A DNA stretch of 64,000 nucleotides from Cycas panzhihuaensis (Eukaryota > Plantae > Cycadophyta): contig CM041465.1 of assembly GCA_023213395.1 (NCBI GenBank), positions 128,595,741 to 128,659,740 of the forward strand, in the 5' to 3' direction. A model generated the notes under the pieces. It was not told the origin of the DNA and did no database searches. It saw only the letters and a list, made by a program, of their open reading frames with translations. Position numbers and translations under genes: made by a program. Positions 44,408-57,500 of this stretch are shown here, piece after piece; within the stretch, counting starts at the first letter, position 1; the number at the start of each line of letters is the position of its first letter.

Positions 44408-47400
44408 CTAGCTATCACAATGACTCTCAGACTCAACCAGTCTCATAAGTTCCTCGGGTAAATCCTTTCTCCAAACAAAAGATCTCCTGTTTCTAACCCC
44501 CCAGTTTGCCAGTAGGTCAACCGCCTTATTACCTTCCCTGAAGGTATGGCAGATCTGATCGTCCGCCAGATCCTTTAGAACATCCTGAGCATCCTCGATC
44601 ATCGGCTGAAATCTCCAGTCGGAAACTGCTATGCCTTTCAACTGATTTATTACGTTCTGAGAATCCCCCTCTATGATTACCTTGGAGAGGCCCCCTTCCA
44701 AGGCAAGGTTCACAGCTTTGAGCATAGCAGCAGTCTCAGCAAAATAGTTCGTTTGATGGCCATAGTAATCTGCAAAGGCCCAAATGAAGTTGCCTTTGGC
44801 ATCTCTACAAATGCCACCACTTCCAGCTTCCCCAGGGTTGCCTTTCGAAGCTCCATCAAAATTTGTTTTAAACCAGTGTTCCTCCGGGGGAAACCAATGA
44901 CATGTTCTTGTGATCCCTTCCGAGAAATTTGGTTTTATATCCCATATGCGCAGGATCTTGCCTTCAATAGGCACCGACCGCTTCTCATCCGAACTTTTAA
45001 TATTTTCCTTGACCTCAGTGCATATGACATTAAAAATAGACTTCGGGTCCATCTGTTTGTCCCGAAAAATCCTTTTGTTTCTTTCCTTCCATATATTCCA
45101 AGACAACACCAGGAGAGAATTTTTCCATGCTCTACCCAAGGCGATACTTCTAAATGGACTATGCCATGTCTGCCATTGATCTACAATATTCCTGGAGAGG
45201 ACCCACTCCACCTTGAAAAGATCGAGGAGATATCTTCAAACCTCACCAGTGAAGGCGCATCGAAGAAAGATATGATCTACAGATTCCTCCTCGGAGTGAC
45301 ATAGGGAACACCTATTTTTCAGCTAGTACCCTCTCCTCATGAGATTGTCCACCGTAAGGATACTATTTCTAAGGCAAGTCCACCAAAAGATGGTGATTTT
45401 AGGGGTAAGCTTCAGTTTCCAAACACCATCTAAGAGTTCATTCTTCTGGTCCCCTCTGTCTAGACAAAGGTGAAGATAGCCTTGGTTCGCTGAGTATTCC
45501 CCATTTTGCGAAGTAGCCCAAACGACCGAGTCAGCTCTGCTCATTTTGGAGATATAACACTTGCTAAGGATCTCATTTAGTTTGGCGACCCGTTCTTGAG
45601 GGAACGGTTCCTCCTGGAGTTCCTCAAAATTCCTCCATCTCTTGCTTTTGCCCCTCCCAATCAAGTAGTCCTTAACATAGGCATCGTAAAGTCTCTAGCA
45701 AGGGGCCTGGAGGGGGGCAAGCTCGGGGTAGTCCCTAAGGCTTGATGAGCTACACCAAACATCCTCCCATAATTTTATGGAATTCCCATCCCCCAAATTC
45801 CACTTCAATCTAGCTTTCACCAAAGGCCTGGTAGTGAGGATGCTTCTCCAGATAGCGGAACCAGCTGGGGGAACAAAATTCCCAAGGAAAGAGCTGCCTG
45901 TAAGTACTTTTGAGATATGATATTTCCCCATAAGCCCCCACAGCCTTTCACAAGCCTCCACTGAAGCTTAGTCGCAAGAGCTAAGTTGAAGATATGAGTT
46001 TTTCTAAGGTTTAAACCCCCGGCCCATTTCGGCATACAGACCTTGTTCCAGTTTACCAAGTGAATTCTATCCCTCTCTTCTGTCCCAGACCAGAGAAATC
46101 TTTTCTAGATGGACTCTAGCACCATGGAGACCCCAGACAGAATTTTGAATAAAGACATCTAGTATACCAGGATGCTTTGTAATGAAGAGGCCACTAGCTG
46201 GAGCTTACCAGCTTGGCTAAGAAGTGCGCCTTTCCAACCAACCAACTTCCTTTGAATCCGATCAATAAGCGGGTTCCACAGGTTCTTGGACATCTTACCC
46301 ACAAAAAGAGGCATACCAAGGTATGTAGTAGGCAGCTTCTTGATGCCCATATCCAGAATGTCACTGGTCCTTCTTTGAGTGGATCTAGGAGTATTTATAA
46401 AATAAACACTACTTTTGCTCGGATTTACCTTTTGGTTCATGGCCAGTTCGTATCTTCTCAGTTCATCTTTTATCCTGGAGGCCTCCCTGATGGTAGCTTT
46501 CCCCAGAAATAAGTTGTCATCAACGAATTGATGGTGCACAGTATTATCCACCCTAGAGGTTGGACACAGACCTTTAATGAATCCTTGTCTTTTAGCATCC
46601 TCCATGGACCTTCCCAACAATTCGGCTAGGGTTATAAAGAGATATGGAGATAAAGGATTCCCCTATCTCAGACCCCTATAGCCCGGGAAAAATCTGGACG
46701 AAGAACCATTGACAATGACCGAGTATTGGGGGTTAGAGATGCATAACTTCATCCATGACCTCCACTTTTCACTAAACCCAAAAGAGTCCAGGCATTCCAA
46801 CAGACAGTCCCATGAGACCCTGTCGAAAGCCTTTGAAAGGTCGATTTTTATGAGCATAGAAGGCTCCTTTCTCTCCATTGCTGAGTGTAAGGTTTCGTGA
46901 ACCACAATAATGCCATCGGTGATCTGTCTCCCATGCACAAAACCATCCTGATTTTGGGATATTATATTGGGGATGATCCCTTTCAGTCTATTGGCTAGCA
47001 CTTTGGCTAGGATCTTGTATTTTACATTGCAGAGGCTAATGGGACGAAAATCCTCGATTCTCTTAGCACCTTCCCTTTTTGGTATGAGGACCAAGAAGGT
47101 AGCTTGCCATTCTTATAGGATCTTTTGATTCAGGTAGAATTCTTGAAGGGCTTCCATAAGGTCTTCCTTAATTATATCCCAAAATTCCTGAAAGAAACCA
47201 GGAGGAAACCCGTCCGGGCCAGGGGCCTTATCCTGCTTCATTCCAAACACAGCTTTCTTAACCTCCTCCTGGGTGAAAGGAGCAGTCAGTGAAGTATTTT
47301 GAGCCTCATTGATCAAGCAAGGGATGGACCTCATAAGCGACTCACGAGCCTCCCTTTCCTCACCCTACGGAGCGGAGAATAGGTCCTTAAAGTAATTGCT

Positions 47401-48624
47401 CGCCATGTCCTTAATATCTTGAGTACCTTGCGCAATTGAGCCATCCTCCTTTTGAAGGCCATTAATTCTGTTGATGGTCCTATGCTTGACTGCAGTCATA
47501 TGAAAAAATTTAGTATTCCTGTCCCCTTCGGAAAGCTAGATAGCTCTAGATTTTTGCCTCCAGAAGATTTCTTCTCTGTTGAGCAATTCTTCCAAATTTT
47601 CCACCAAATCTCTTTCTGCTTTATCCAAGTTCAGTGATCTGCCCTCATCCTGTATCCTGTTCTCGATTTCTTTCAGGTCTTTGATAGTTTGGTCCTTAAG
47701 GACATGGATATTTTGGAAATTTTCTTTGTTCCAAACTTTCACCTGCCTTTTTACCCAGCCAAGTTTTTTCGAGAATTTGTACATTGCATGCCCCTGGATA
47801 GGGACTTCCCACCATTCCTCCACCTTTTTCCTAAGATCTGGATGTCTGGTCCACATCATTTCAAATTTGAAAGGAGAACCTTTATGCTTTTCCATATCAG
47901 AAAAAGAGAGCTGAAGAGGGGAGTGGTCAGATCTAATTTTAGGGAGAGCCTCTAGGGCGAAATCCATGAAGCACCTAACCCAATCATAGTTAACCAAGAC
48001 TCTATCTAATTTAATCTGAATGAGATGGCTACCCAGTCTTCTATTAGACCAAGTAAAGGAAGCCCCTCCCAACTTTACGTCCGCGAGACCCCCCCTCTGC
48101 ATAAAGTAGCCAAGATCGTGCATACTGCTTGTCCAACCTTCCTGACCTCCCTTCTTGTTCCCCGGGCAAAGAGTCATATTAAAATCACCAACAACCAGCC
48201 AAGGAGCCCCACAATTGCCGTGGGCTTCCAAAATCCTTTCCCAAAGCCCCTTTCTATCCTCATAATTGTTTGGGGCATAGACATTTGTGGCCAACCATTT
48301 TGTGTTATTCCTTCTGCTAGTTAGCCAAATGGATAGAAAGGAATCCTCCACCACACAAGGCTCCCCAATACATTCATCTAGGTTCCACATCACCATGAGA
48401 CCTCCCATCCCTTGGTTGTTGCCAACGCCTTTACCTTCCGCTTTTTTCCAGATTTTGGTCATAGCGCTTTGGCTATTTTCCAAATTTAGTTTTGTTTTTT
48501 GTAGAAATATAAGGTCAGGGAGTTCCCTTTTTCGCGGGTCTCTTATAATCCTTTGTTTAGATGGGGCATTCAAGCCCCTGACATTCCACGAGATTAATTT
48601 CATCTCTTCTTTCTTTGCTTCCAT
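44408..48624 (-). pseudogene. LINE ORF2 (AP endonuclease, RT, zf-RVT, RNase H), about 6 stops and 1 frameshift
   Basis: ISWNVRGLN, VGDFN and SDHSP (endonuclease). KAPGPDG, FRPISLCN, KIDLSKAFDRVSW and QFVDD (RT). KTNFDGASKGNPG, IEGDS and FREGNKAVD (RNase H). Confidence 0.95.
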
Positions 48625-49922
48625 ACCTCTGGTGCCTCCCCTTTGTGCAGGTCATGTCCATCAGATCTGGTTCTTACTCTCGGACCTTCCAAAAAGCCCT
48701 CACTGAGGGTTTTCTGATTACCTTGATCCACCTGGGTAGCTGCTTCTCTTTCCCTGACTAATCTCAGGGGTGGCCTACCAACACGTTTTTCAGAGCCAAC
48801 ATCCAGAAACTTTTTTTGGATCACTTCTTGATGATCCTGGGGAGGGCTCGAAATAGCACTTTCCAAGGCTAATTTCCCCACAACTTCTTCAGTCGGTGCA
48901 ATGAAGGCCTGGGCTTCCTGAACACCAGTGTCTGAGAGGGTATCCTCCAAGTTGGGATCAAGCCCAGAGTCCTTACCACCAAGCACATCTAGGTGGGCTT
49001 CACCTTTCCTCGTTGGAGACCCCTCACCATTCCTCTTTGGAGACCCCTCACCTTGTACCTCAAGGTGCTCAACTTGCCCCTCTGAAGCCCCCTTAGAGTG
49101 GGCCAACTCCTGAGGTTCTGCTGACTTCTCATTCGGTTCCCAATTTTCATTTTGATTTTCTGTTTTATTTTCTTCCTCTATTTGCCACTCACCTGGGCAT
49201 TTCTGAGGTAAATGACCGATCCTCCTACAAAGGGAACATCTAAAGTTTTCCATCTCGTAAATCAACGATTGGGCCTAGCTCCGGTCCTCCATATCCATCC
49301 AAATCTCCTTGAGAAGGGGTTTGTCAATCCTAGTTAAGGCACAAATCCTGGCGTTGATAAGCTTGCTTTTATTCCTGGTCGCTGAGTCCACTGCTAAGAG
49401 GGGACCTACAGCTTTCGCCATGCCCTTAAAGACTTCCATGTTCCCATGATGTAATGGAAGACTAGGAAGCTGAATCCAAATAGGAGTTTGCTTGACCATA
49501 GGAACTGACCGGTCAAAATCCCTGTACCACTTTTCCAGGATTAGGGCCTTCCTCCCAAACATCCAGGGGCCCCTTAGGAGTATGCTTGTCATGTCAGTCT
49601 GGGAAGCGAATTTAAACAGGACACAGCCTTTCGACATTGCTATAACTTCCACGTTCCCCACTGTCTTCCATTTGTCCCTGGTCCACTTTCTAATAGATTC
49701 CAAACCTGGTCTAGGACCATAGAACCTACCAACTAGACAGTTATCCCAAAGTTTCTCTGTTCTCTCTACCGACTTTTGAGGGATTTTCAATCTAACTTTG
49801 TTGTCTTGAATGATGGGGGTTAGGTCATATTCTTCCACTTCCCCAGATCTTAGGATTTCTAGGTAGCATTTACCTTGAGGAGGATTATGCATCTGGTTAA
49901 GAACTGTATGATCGTTTTCCAT
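48600..49922 (-). pseudogene. LINE ORF1 (DUF4283-type RRM plus zinc knuckle), one premature stop
   Basis: CLVGRF..W..GPWMFG..PIWIQLPSLP, then YEMENFRCSLCRRIGHLPQKC. In-frame TAG at 49275. Confidence 0.92.
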
Positions 49923-52900
49923 TTTAAAGTGTATAGATGAAAGAAATAAAATACTAACTGCTAGAGCATCATTAAGAACTGGAACATCACACAGAAGAGT
50001 TGCCTAGGGTTACAAGGTACCGCAGATTGCAGAGTATTGAGATTGAGTCCTCGTCCCTTCCTTTTCTCCCACTAGCTCTCCCTCCCACTACCTAGATCTG
50101 CCATCGGAACCCAAACTAGGAGGCTATTCTCCAAAAGTCACTCTAGTCTCCGGACTGCATACACATCCTTTCTTGCTTCCCGCTGTAAAATCAAGACATC
50201 AAGCCGCAATAGCTCCACTGCTTGGAGACTCCCTAAAAAATGGATCTGAGGCGCGCATCCTCCTCGAATAGTTGCGGATGAAGAACCTTTGTCTGAATGT
50301 CCTGGGTAGATGCCCCACTCCAAAGTCTTCGGGAGAAGAGCTGAGATGGCAAAAAACGGGAAATCTGACCCTAGCCGCCAAGAATGGACGAAAACCAAGA
50401 TGTTGGTATGGCTTAATATTGATTGGTTTTGACCTTTTTTGGAGTTCAATCATGTGTTCTATACCTCGATCAAGAGATAGCCCCATTAGAAGATCCTTAA
50501 ATACCTCTTAGTGTTTTTGCACAATTTTTTGCATATCACTTCTCGTTGAATTATCCTTAACTTCAGCTTCAAGAGAGAAACATCTAGTGGCAAAGCTTAG
50601 ACATCCCCTTTTTAATATTTTCTCCATTTTATGAGATGTTACGAATTGACTTTCGGCCAGAATGAATCCCTATAATGTGTAGATTTTATCCTTAGATTTG
50701 AATATCATGAATAGCTTATTTATGTTTAATGCAATTGTCCCTAGTGTTCTTAGCCATTGGGCGCCCAATACAATATCTATGTCGCCTATTGAAATTGCAT
50801 ACATTTGTGACTTAAAAGAATATTCACCCATTGATAACTCTACTTTTTGACACATTCCTCTGTATTCAACAGAACCTCTATTTGCGATCATTACTTGAAA
50901 TTGATTTGTGGGATAGATGTATTCTTTAAGTCTTTCTGCACATCTCTGATCGATAAAGTTATGTGTACTGCCTGAGTTGATAAGTACCATCACCCTTTTC
51001 TTCTTTATATAGACCAAAATTTTAAGAGTCTGAGGGGTTGTAATTCCTATGATTGTTGCTAGTGATATTCTAGCTGGGTCCTTAATGACCTCAACTTCTA
51101 ATGCAACCTCATCTAGGCCTTCTTCTATTTCTATCTCATTGGATTCCATCTTATCTTGATCAGGGTCAATTCCTTATTCGTTTGCCAGAGCTAAGAATAA
51201 CCTTTTCTCTTAGCAGTGATGCCCCCTACTCCACTTTTGGCCACAAAAAGAGCAGAGTCCTTGTGCCCTTAACTTAGCCATATCCTTCTTTAATTTATAA
51301 GGATCTATACCAGTTTTTCCTTGATTTACTAGAGTGGATCTTGACATGTAATTTTTATTAATATGATTTTGGTTTGTTTTGGTATCTAACTCTTTTTTTT
51401 GTGAAAACATTGTATCTTCTAGCATACCATTCAGTTCAATTATTGCTAAATCCCTTATTTATCCATGCCATTACTTCTTCTAAATCCCTGGCCTTTTGGA
51501 TGGCTTCCCGAATGTTTTTAGGAGCGTGTAATTTAAGTTCTACCCGTAGTTCCTCCTTAAGGCCTCTAACGTAGGTCCCTAATAACCATTCTTTAAACAT
51601 ATTGTCAACTTGGGTTGCTAAAGATTAAAATTTATTTGTATAATGTTCTACTAATCCTGATTGTCATATTTGAGTCAATGGATTAAAATAATCCTTATCC
51701 CATGTCTTTTCATATTGCTTAAAAAAATATTCTATGAATGTTTACCAATTTATTGGCACATTTTGTGTTTCATAGCTCTAGCATAAAAACCATTCATACG
51801 CATTTTCTTCCAAGTGTAGCAAGGTGAATGTTATTTTTTATGTGTTCTCCTTGGGATTAATTTTAAAGTAAGTGTCTAGTTTACTTATCCAAATTTTGGG
51901 ATTAGTATCAAAGTCCTTTCGGAATTCACAAAATTTATCTAGAGCTATACCCTGTGAGCTATTTGAGTTGAAATTTTGATTTTGAGTTGGCCCACTAACA
52001 TTTTGGTTTTGATTGGGATTTGAGCTAATAGAGTTTTTCTTAATTAACTTCTTGACAACCTCTACAATTTCTCGGATAATTGCTTTATGTTTTTTAACTT
52101 GTTCGTGTCTCTCCTTCTTTGCTTCTTCATATTGTTATCTTATCTTCCTTAGTTCACCATTGATACCAAACATTTCATTGTTTAATTTGGCATTAGACAC
52201 CATTGTCTACTCAATAGGATCTAGTATGACGATTCTTGAAAGATTGTATTACAAGTTATCTGGGTGCTTTGTATCCTTGTTTCATTTTTGATAAGGTACC
52301 CCACCACTTAGTCCAAATAGCTTGATCCACGCAAAGATCAAATGTGTAGGGATCTGATTTGGTGATCAATGGATGTGCACTTTACACAAAAATTATGGTG
52401 TCAGGATATATATATTGTATATGCCCTGATCAGGTAACTCTCCCAATGCACGTAAGCAATGGCATTGAAGATATTGAATGGTGCTGGAGATATTATTTGT
52501 GTCTATCTTGAGTAGGTTACTTTCAAAAATTGGAAATCTATCCTTGTATTAACCAAGTGCAAAAGTCAATATTTTGAAAATACTATCCATTTTTTTTTTC
52601 AATTGTAGATCATTTGCTTTTATACCACTTATGGTGATCCAAACATGTCAACCATGGAGACTAAGGAATGCTTGACCTATCAGAGAAGGCTGGTCTCTAA
52701 GTTTACACACGAGGTGCCTTGAAAAAGAGTCAAAAGACAAATATTTAATTGAATAATTGATGATGTCAAGTTACAATGGCCCATACATATATATACATGT
52801 ATGGTGACCTTATATGAAAGGGTATGACACATCGGTGTACCTTTTCATAATTAAATAATAATTTGTTAAGGTAAACATACTTGATTACGTACATAATAGG

Positions 52901-54510
52901 AAGATCACCTAGGAAGTCTAACAGAGGAATTGGTGATCATGCACATGGGTTTGGAGCAAATAAACATCGAAAAGGACTATTCTACTCAACAATTGTTGAT
53001 GACTAATCTAGGACTAACTCTTTGTATAGAAGTTACCACAGTGTCGATGAAACTTCCGGAAGTTCCTCGGGATGTTGTCCATCCTCTTCCAATTGCTACT
53101 GATGAGTCTCTGGATGATTTAGCCGAGAAATTTTCTTTGTTTAACTATTGATCAATTAATTTTGGTTTCAAATTCGTTGGTACATAATGCAGGAGAAGAA
53201 TATTTTGGTTTCAAGATTGAGAATGCAAATTGTACATATTCGGCAAAAGCAATGTTCTTTTGTTAAATTACTACAATTTGTTTTGAAAGACTTAGCGGAA
53301 GTTCAACCGAAGCTTAAGGGTCTTCCTGATGAACATGAAGATTTTGTATATAAAGTAAAGACAATGATGCACGAATTTAGCACAGAAATTTCTGCTAAGT
53401 ATGAGGAACGTCGAAAAGAAGTTATGTCACCACAACAAATTTTATTCAGAAGATTTAAAGATTCTGTGAATGATTTGGTGAAAAGCTAGAATGTCTTGGT
53501 TGAAGCTCTTAATAGTTTATAGATTCAAGCCATCTCCTTCCAATAGTGGGTCAATGAACTGACAAAGCGAAGAATCACTATCACTCTTAATTTGAGAGAT
53601 GCACAATGTGCATTATTAATAGTTCAATAATGCTAAGACACTCAAATAATTTCTAACTGCCAAATCTAGGTGTAATCTCTATAATAAACAAATGAAATAA
53701 GTCAGTTAGGATTTCTCAAAAACTCGTCCTCAAATTGTTTTATTATAACAAAAACTTGAGGAGATACTGAATAATACCTACTGTCTGAGTGATCAACTCC
53801 AATTTGAGGTTCAATTGGCTGGAGATACATTTGTTGTTTATAGAGAGGAAGAGTGTAGTGTTTCCATTACCAGAAACCAACTCCATGAGTAGTTTGGTCG
53901 ACTTTTGATATTTATTTTGGCCCACTTCTATATTTTATTTACTTTGACTTCTATATTTTATTCTGGTTGACTTCAACAATATATTCTGGTCGACTTCTCA
54001 AGTTGCATCCTAGTCGCCTATTTATAGGGCTTTATGGCCTAGGTTCAGGGCATCATTTGGAGTTTCGACCTGCTATAATCTCGACTTTAAGGGCAGCATT
54101 GGGAGGACACCTCGCCTCAAAGAGGGAGCTAGTAGTTAAACCTTTGGATTTATATTAAGCAATGACTCCAGTGTACATATTATTGGTATTATTTTACTTG
54201 AAATATTTAGTCTATTTGGCTCCTACAAGCTGTGAATACTATATTATTTACTTCATTATTTGCGCTAGTGTTTGTTTAACTATTTAAAACCCTAGGAGAT
54301 AGAATTATGTGGGAAGATTCTCTGTGTTTAAGGTGTGAATTCTCACAGGAATTTCCACTAGTGGTATCAAAACCTCATTGTTTAGGCATCTCTTAGGGGA
54401 AAACCTATGATAGAATAGAAACAAGTTCTATGGTGACTAAGCAGGAAAAAGGACCAAAAATGTTTTTCCCTTATAACGGAGATGAGATCTAGGAAAAGAC
54501 TTGCACCGGG

Positions 54511-57500
54511 TCTTAAACCTTATGTTTACATGTTAAGCCTATGTACTTTATTTTTCATGTAATATTTGTACTTTTGTACTTTAGGGGTGACTTATCACTT
54601 AAGTGATAAAGTGCACACCCACATTCTTTCCTAGTGATACAACATTGTCACTAAAGGGTCAAATGGACCCCCGTGCACTTTTGCTTACTTGAGAACCCAA
54701 AAGGGCACATGTCCTACATGCAAGGCATGTACCTTGGATGCTTGACACTTGTCAAACATCCATTGCCTTAGGTCTCTCCTTTTACTCTATATATTGAGAC
54801 CTCTTCTCATTGTTCTCATATAGAGTTGGAGTTGTATTGTTATGTTGCCAGTTTGCTAATCAAACTGATATTCATTTGGAGATCGGACCAATTCCATCTC
54901 CTCCCATTTGGTATCATTTGCTCACTCTCTTTGTGCTTTGATCTTGCTCATGTTAATCTTATTTTTATTGTTAGTCTAGATCTCTTGCTTTCTAGAACTA
55001 GAGAGAATCTATCTTCTAGATCTTAGGTTTCATAGGCCTTTGGCACTTTCAACATTTGGTATCAGAGCAAAAGAAGTTTGTTTCTTTCTATTCTGATTTC
55101 CTTTTTTTTGGAGATATTATAAGGGTTTACAAACCCTTGATGACGACCTTCGCTCTCTGAAGGTGATCCAAGGCTCGTTGCCCCTTTGTTGTAGCAGTTC
55201 TAGGCTTTTTCAAGCCACTTGCAGGGTGGAGGAGGCGCATATTTCAGATTTGAAATTTTTTAGACTTTTATCAAGCATGCAACACTCGCTGTTTTCCAAG
55301 AAACAACGATTTTCTCTAATTTTTCTTCAAGAAAAAATATTTTTTTGCAGAAAAAAGTGGCAGATCTGAGTTATTTAACTATTTTTTTTACTGTAAATCA
55401 GTTCTTTAGTTCTCATTTCTGCACAACAACTAATTTGCTACAGATTTCTAAATGTACTGAGCAGATCTATTACTATTTCTTCAGATCTGCACCTAGTTTT
55501 TTACTATTCTAGGCTATATTTTTACTTGTAGGGCAAATTTTCTTAACAAAAATTGCTAATTTCTTTTAAATCTAGCTAGCTGGCCACTATCTGCCACTCA
55601 TTGCAGGTGTGACAAGTGTTAAAGAAGATTTTGGAGATAGTAGAGAAGGGTTTTAAACCTTTGCTGATCCGTATAGCTAAGCTTTCTCTTTGTTGACGTG
55701 CACCCTTCAAAACATTCAGCTGGTTCGTTCTCGCTCCACAATGCACAGAAGTTCGTGAAAATTTAGAATAACCTTTGTCAGGGTAATACTAAGCTTCCAT
55801 TGAAATTTCATCTCGGTCTTAGCACTGTGGAGGCCATACGAAGCAAATCTACTTCCATAGCCCGTGCGCCCTTCCAAAATTTTCATTCACTTTGTTCTCA
55901 CTCTGTACTTCACGAAAGCTTGTGAAATTTTAGAGGATCCTTCATTGAGGTAATACTAATATCTCTCTAAAATTTCGTCTAGATCTGAGCATTCTATGGC
56001 CCGTACGATCCACTTGAGCATTTTCAAAGTCGCATGGCCGCCCAAGTTACGTAAAAATTTTAATTTTTTTGAAAAATATTGGAATTTATAACTTTACCTT
56101 TTAAGTGATTCAAATCTTTATTTAAACACCTTTTATGTCAATTTTCAGCCTTTTTTTTTTATGTTTTTAAAGTCATTTAACACATAAAAAAAAAAATTCA
56201 CTTGTGTTTTTGACTCATTTAAAAACTTTTTAAGTCATTTTTATCATTATAAAAGCAAAAAATCACTTTTTCAAGTGTTTTATAAGGCTCCTTGCAAGGT
56301 GTCCTTCATGCCCTAGTTTTGAAATAAGGTCAAATTCATCTTTTTTCTGCTTTTTGAAGTTACTTAACACAAACAATCTTTTTAGTGACTTATTAAGTGA
56401 TTTTTTTTAAGTCACTCTTATCATTGTAAAAGCAAAAAAGTCACTTAAGTGATTTCATTAGGCTCCCTGCGTGGTGACCTAGAGTCCTAGTCCAAACAAG
56501 GACTAAAAAATCAAGTTTTTAATAAAAAGATCACTCATTTTCTTGGCGGTTTAGGACTATTTTAAAGTCCTAACAATTGGTGCATGGTGTCTACATTTTG
56601 CAAGTGACTTATTTCGCCTTCAAGTTGACCATTTTCCACTAAAAGAAACCCACTTGAAGCATCATCACAAGGAAGTTCGTCTTATCTATTTGGGTACTTA
56701 GCATTCTTTTTTGATCTTTTGAAAGGTGGTCTTTTCGTAAAACACTTAAGGTGTTACATGTGATGTACTCAACTCATTTACTTAGATATCTTTTGCACTC
56801 TCTTTCAGTTCATTAAGTGCTTTGTAAAACACTCTGTGTTAGAATTTGATGTACTAAATCGCTTCTTTTTGAAGCCACATCTTGTAAGTTTTTAAGCATT
56901 CATCTTTCAAGTACATCATCCAAGTAAAACTCACTTAAAGTTCACTTAAACATTTTGAAAAAGTGAATTTAAAATCAAGTAGGAGAGGCCCGAAAAAGGT
57001 TCAAACCTTGCCTCTGAAATAACCTTAAGCTTGGTGCATTCCCTAGGGGATCAACTGACCGTACGGTCAGTGCACGACAATTAAGGTTGCTTGAGGAAAA
57101 TGAGGTTCGAAAATGGAGTTATTGGGGTTGTGAATCCTAGGGAAAGCATGGTACATCTATGCTAATCAACCCTACCTGCCTTGTCCTAGATTTAACTTGG
57201 TCGACTGTTGGATCTCCTCTATAGATCAGGGTTGGACCAACTCCTTAGCCTAGTCCTCCATCCTTCATCATTCCATTCAGTTGTTGGATTTTCTAGTAAG
57301 ATCAGAACTGTTGGTTTTGTTAGAAGGTGGAGCTTAAGCGACAAAAGATTTGAGTTTCTAAGTTATCTGCTAACTTCAAGCCTTACAAATTTAACATGGT
57401 TGCAATTAATATGCTAAATGCATGTACCATCAGATTAACAGGACAAGACAACTATCAAGAATGAAAAAGGATCACTCAAAATCTCTTGATAATAAACAAG

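Larger units (their letters stand above)
44240..50398 (-). mobile_element. Full-length L1-clade LINE (about 6.16 kb) with a perfect 16-bp TSD
   Basis: TSD GATGTTGGTATGGCTT at 44224-44239 and 50399-50414. Short poly(A) (T-run on plus) at the 3' end. 5' UTR of about 475 bp. The host frame KPYQHPYRHK is restored on removal. Confidence 0.97.
42049..52898 (-). mobile_element. Old Ty3 chromovirus with ~270-bp LTRs, an internal deletion and a nested LINE
   Basis: LTRs at 42049-42319 and 52630-52898, strongly diverged. TSD AGAAG/GGAAG. PBS (minus strand TGGTATAAAAGC) near 52620. PPT at 42322-42333. PR VLINSGSTHNFID, RT, INT and chromodomain EYLVKWKNLPLKDASWE. Confidence 0.93.
33000..53900 (+). pseudogene. 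Degenerate retrotransposon accessory ORF in three pieces (about 33000-34046, 41460-42043, 52904-53900), split by two insertions
   Basis: IMPEVIYLLTQLPLDG and VFYFHSLLFMLM resemble Athila/Tat-type accessory ORFs. An acidic low-complexity middle and a coiled-coil-like C-terminal part (ORF 53187-53489) follow. The pieces are joined through the TSDs of the inserts. PPT-like AAAGAGGGAG near 54120. Confidence 0.55.
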
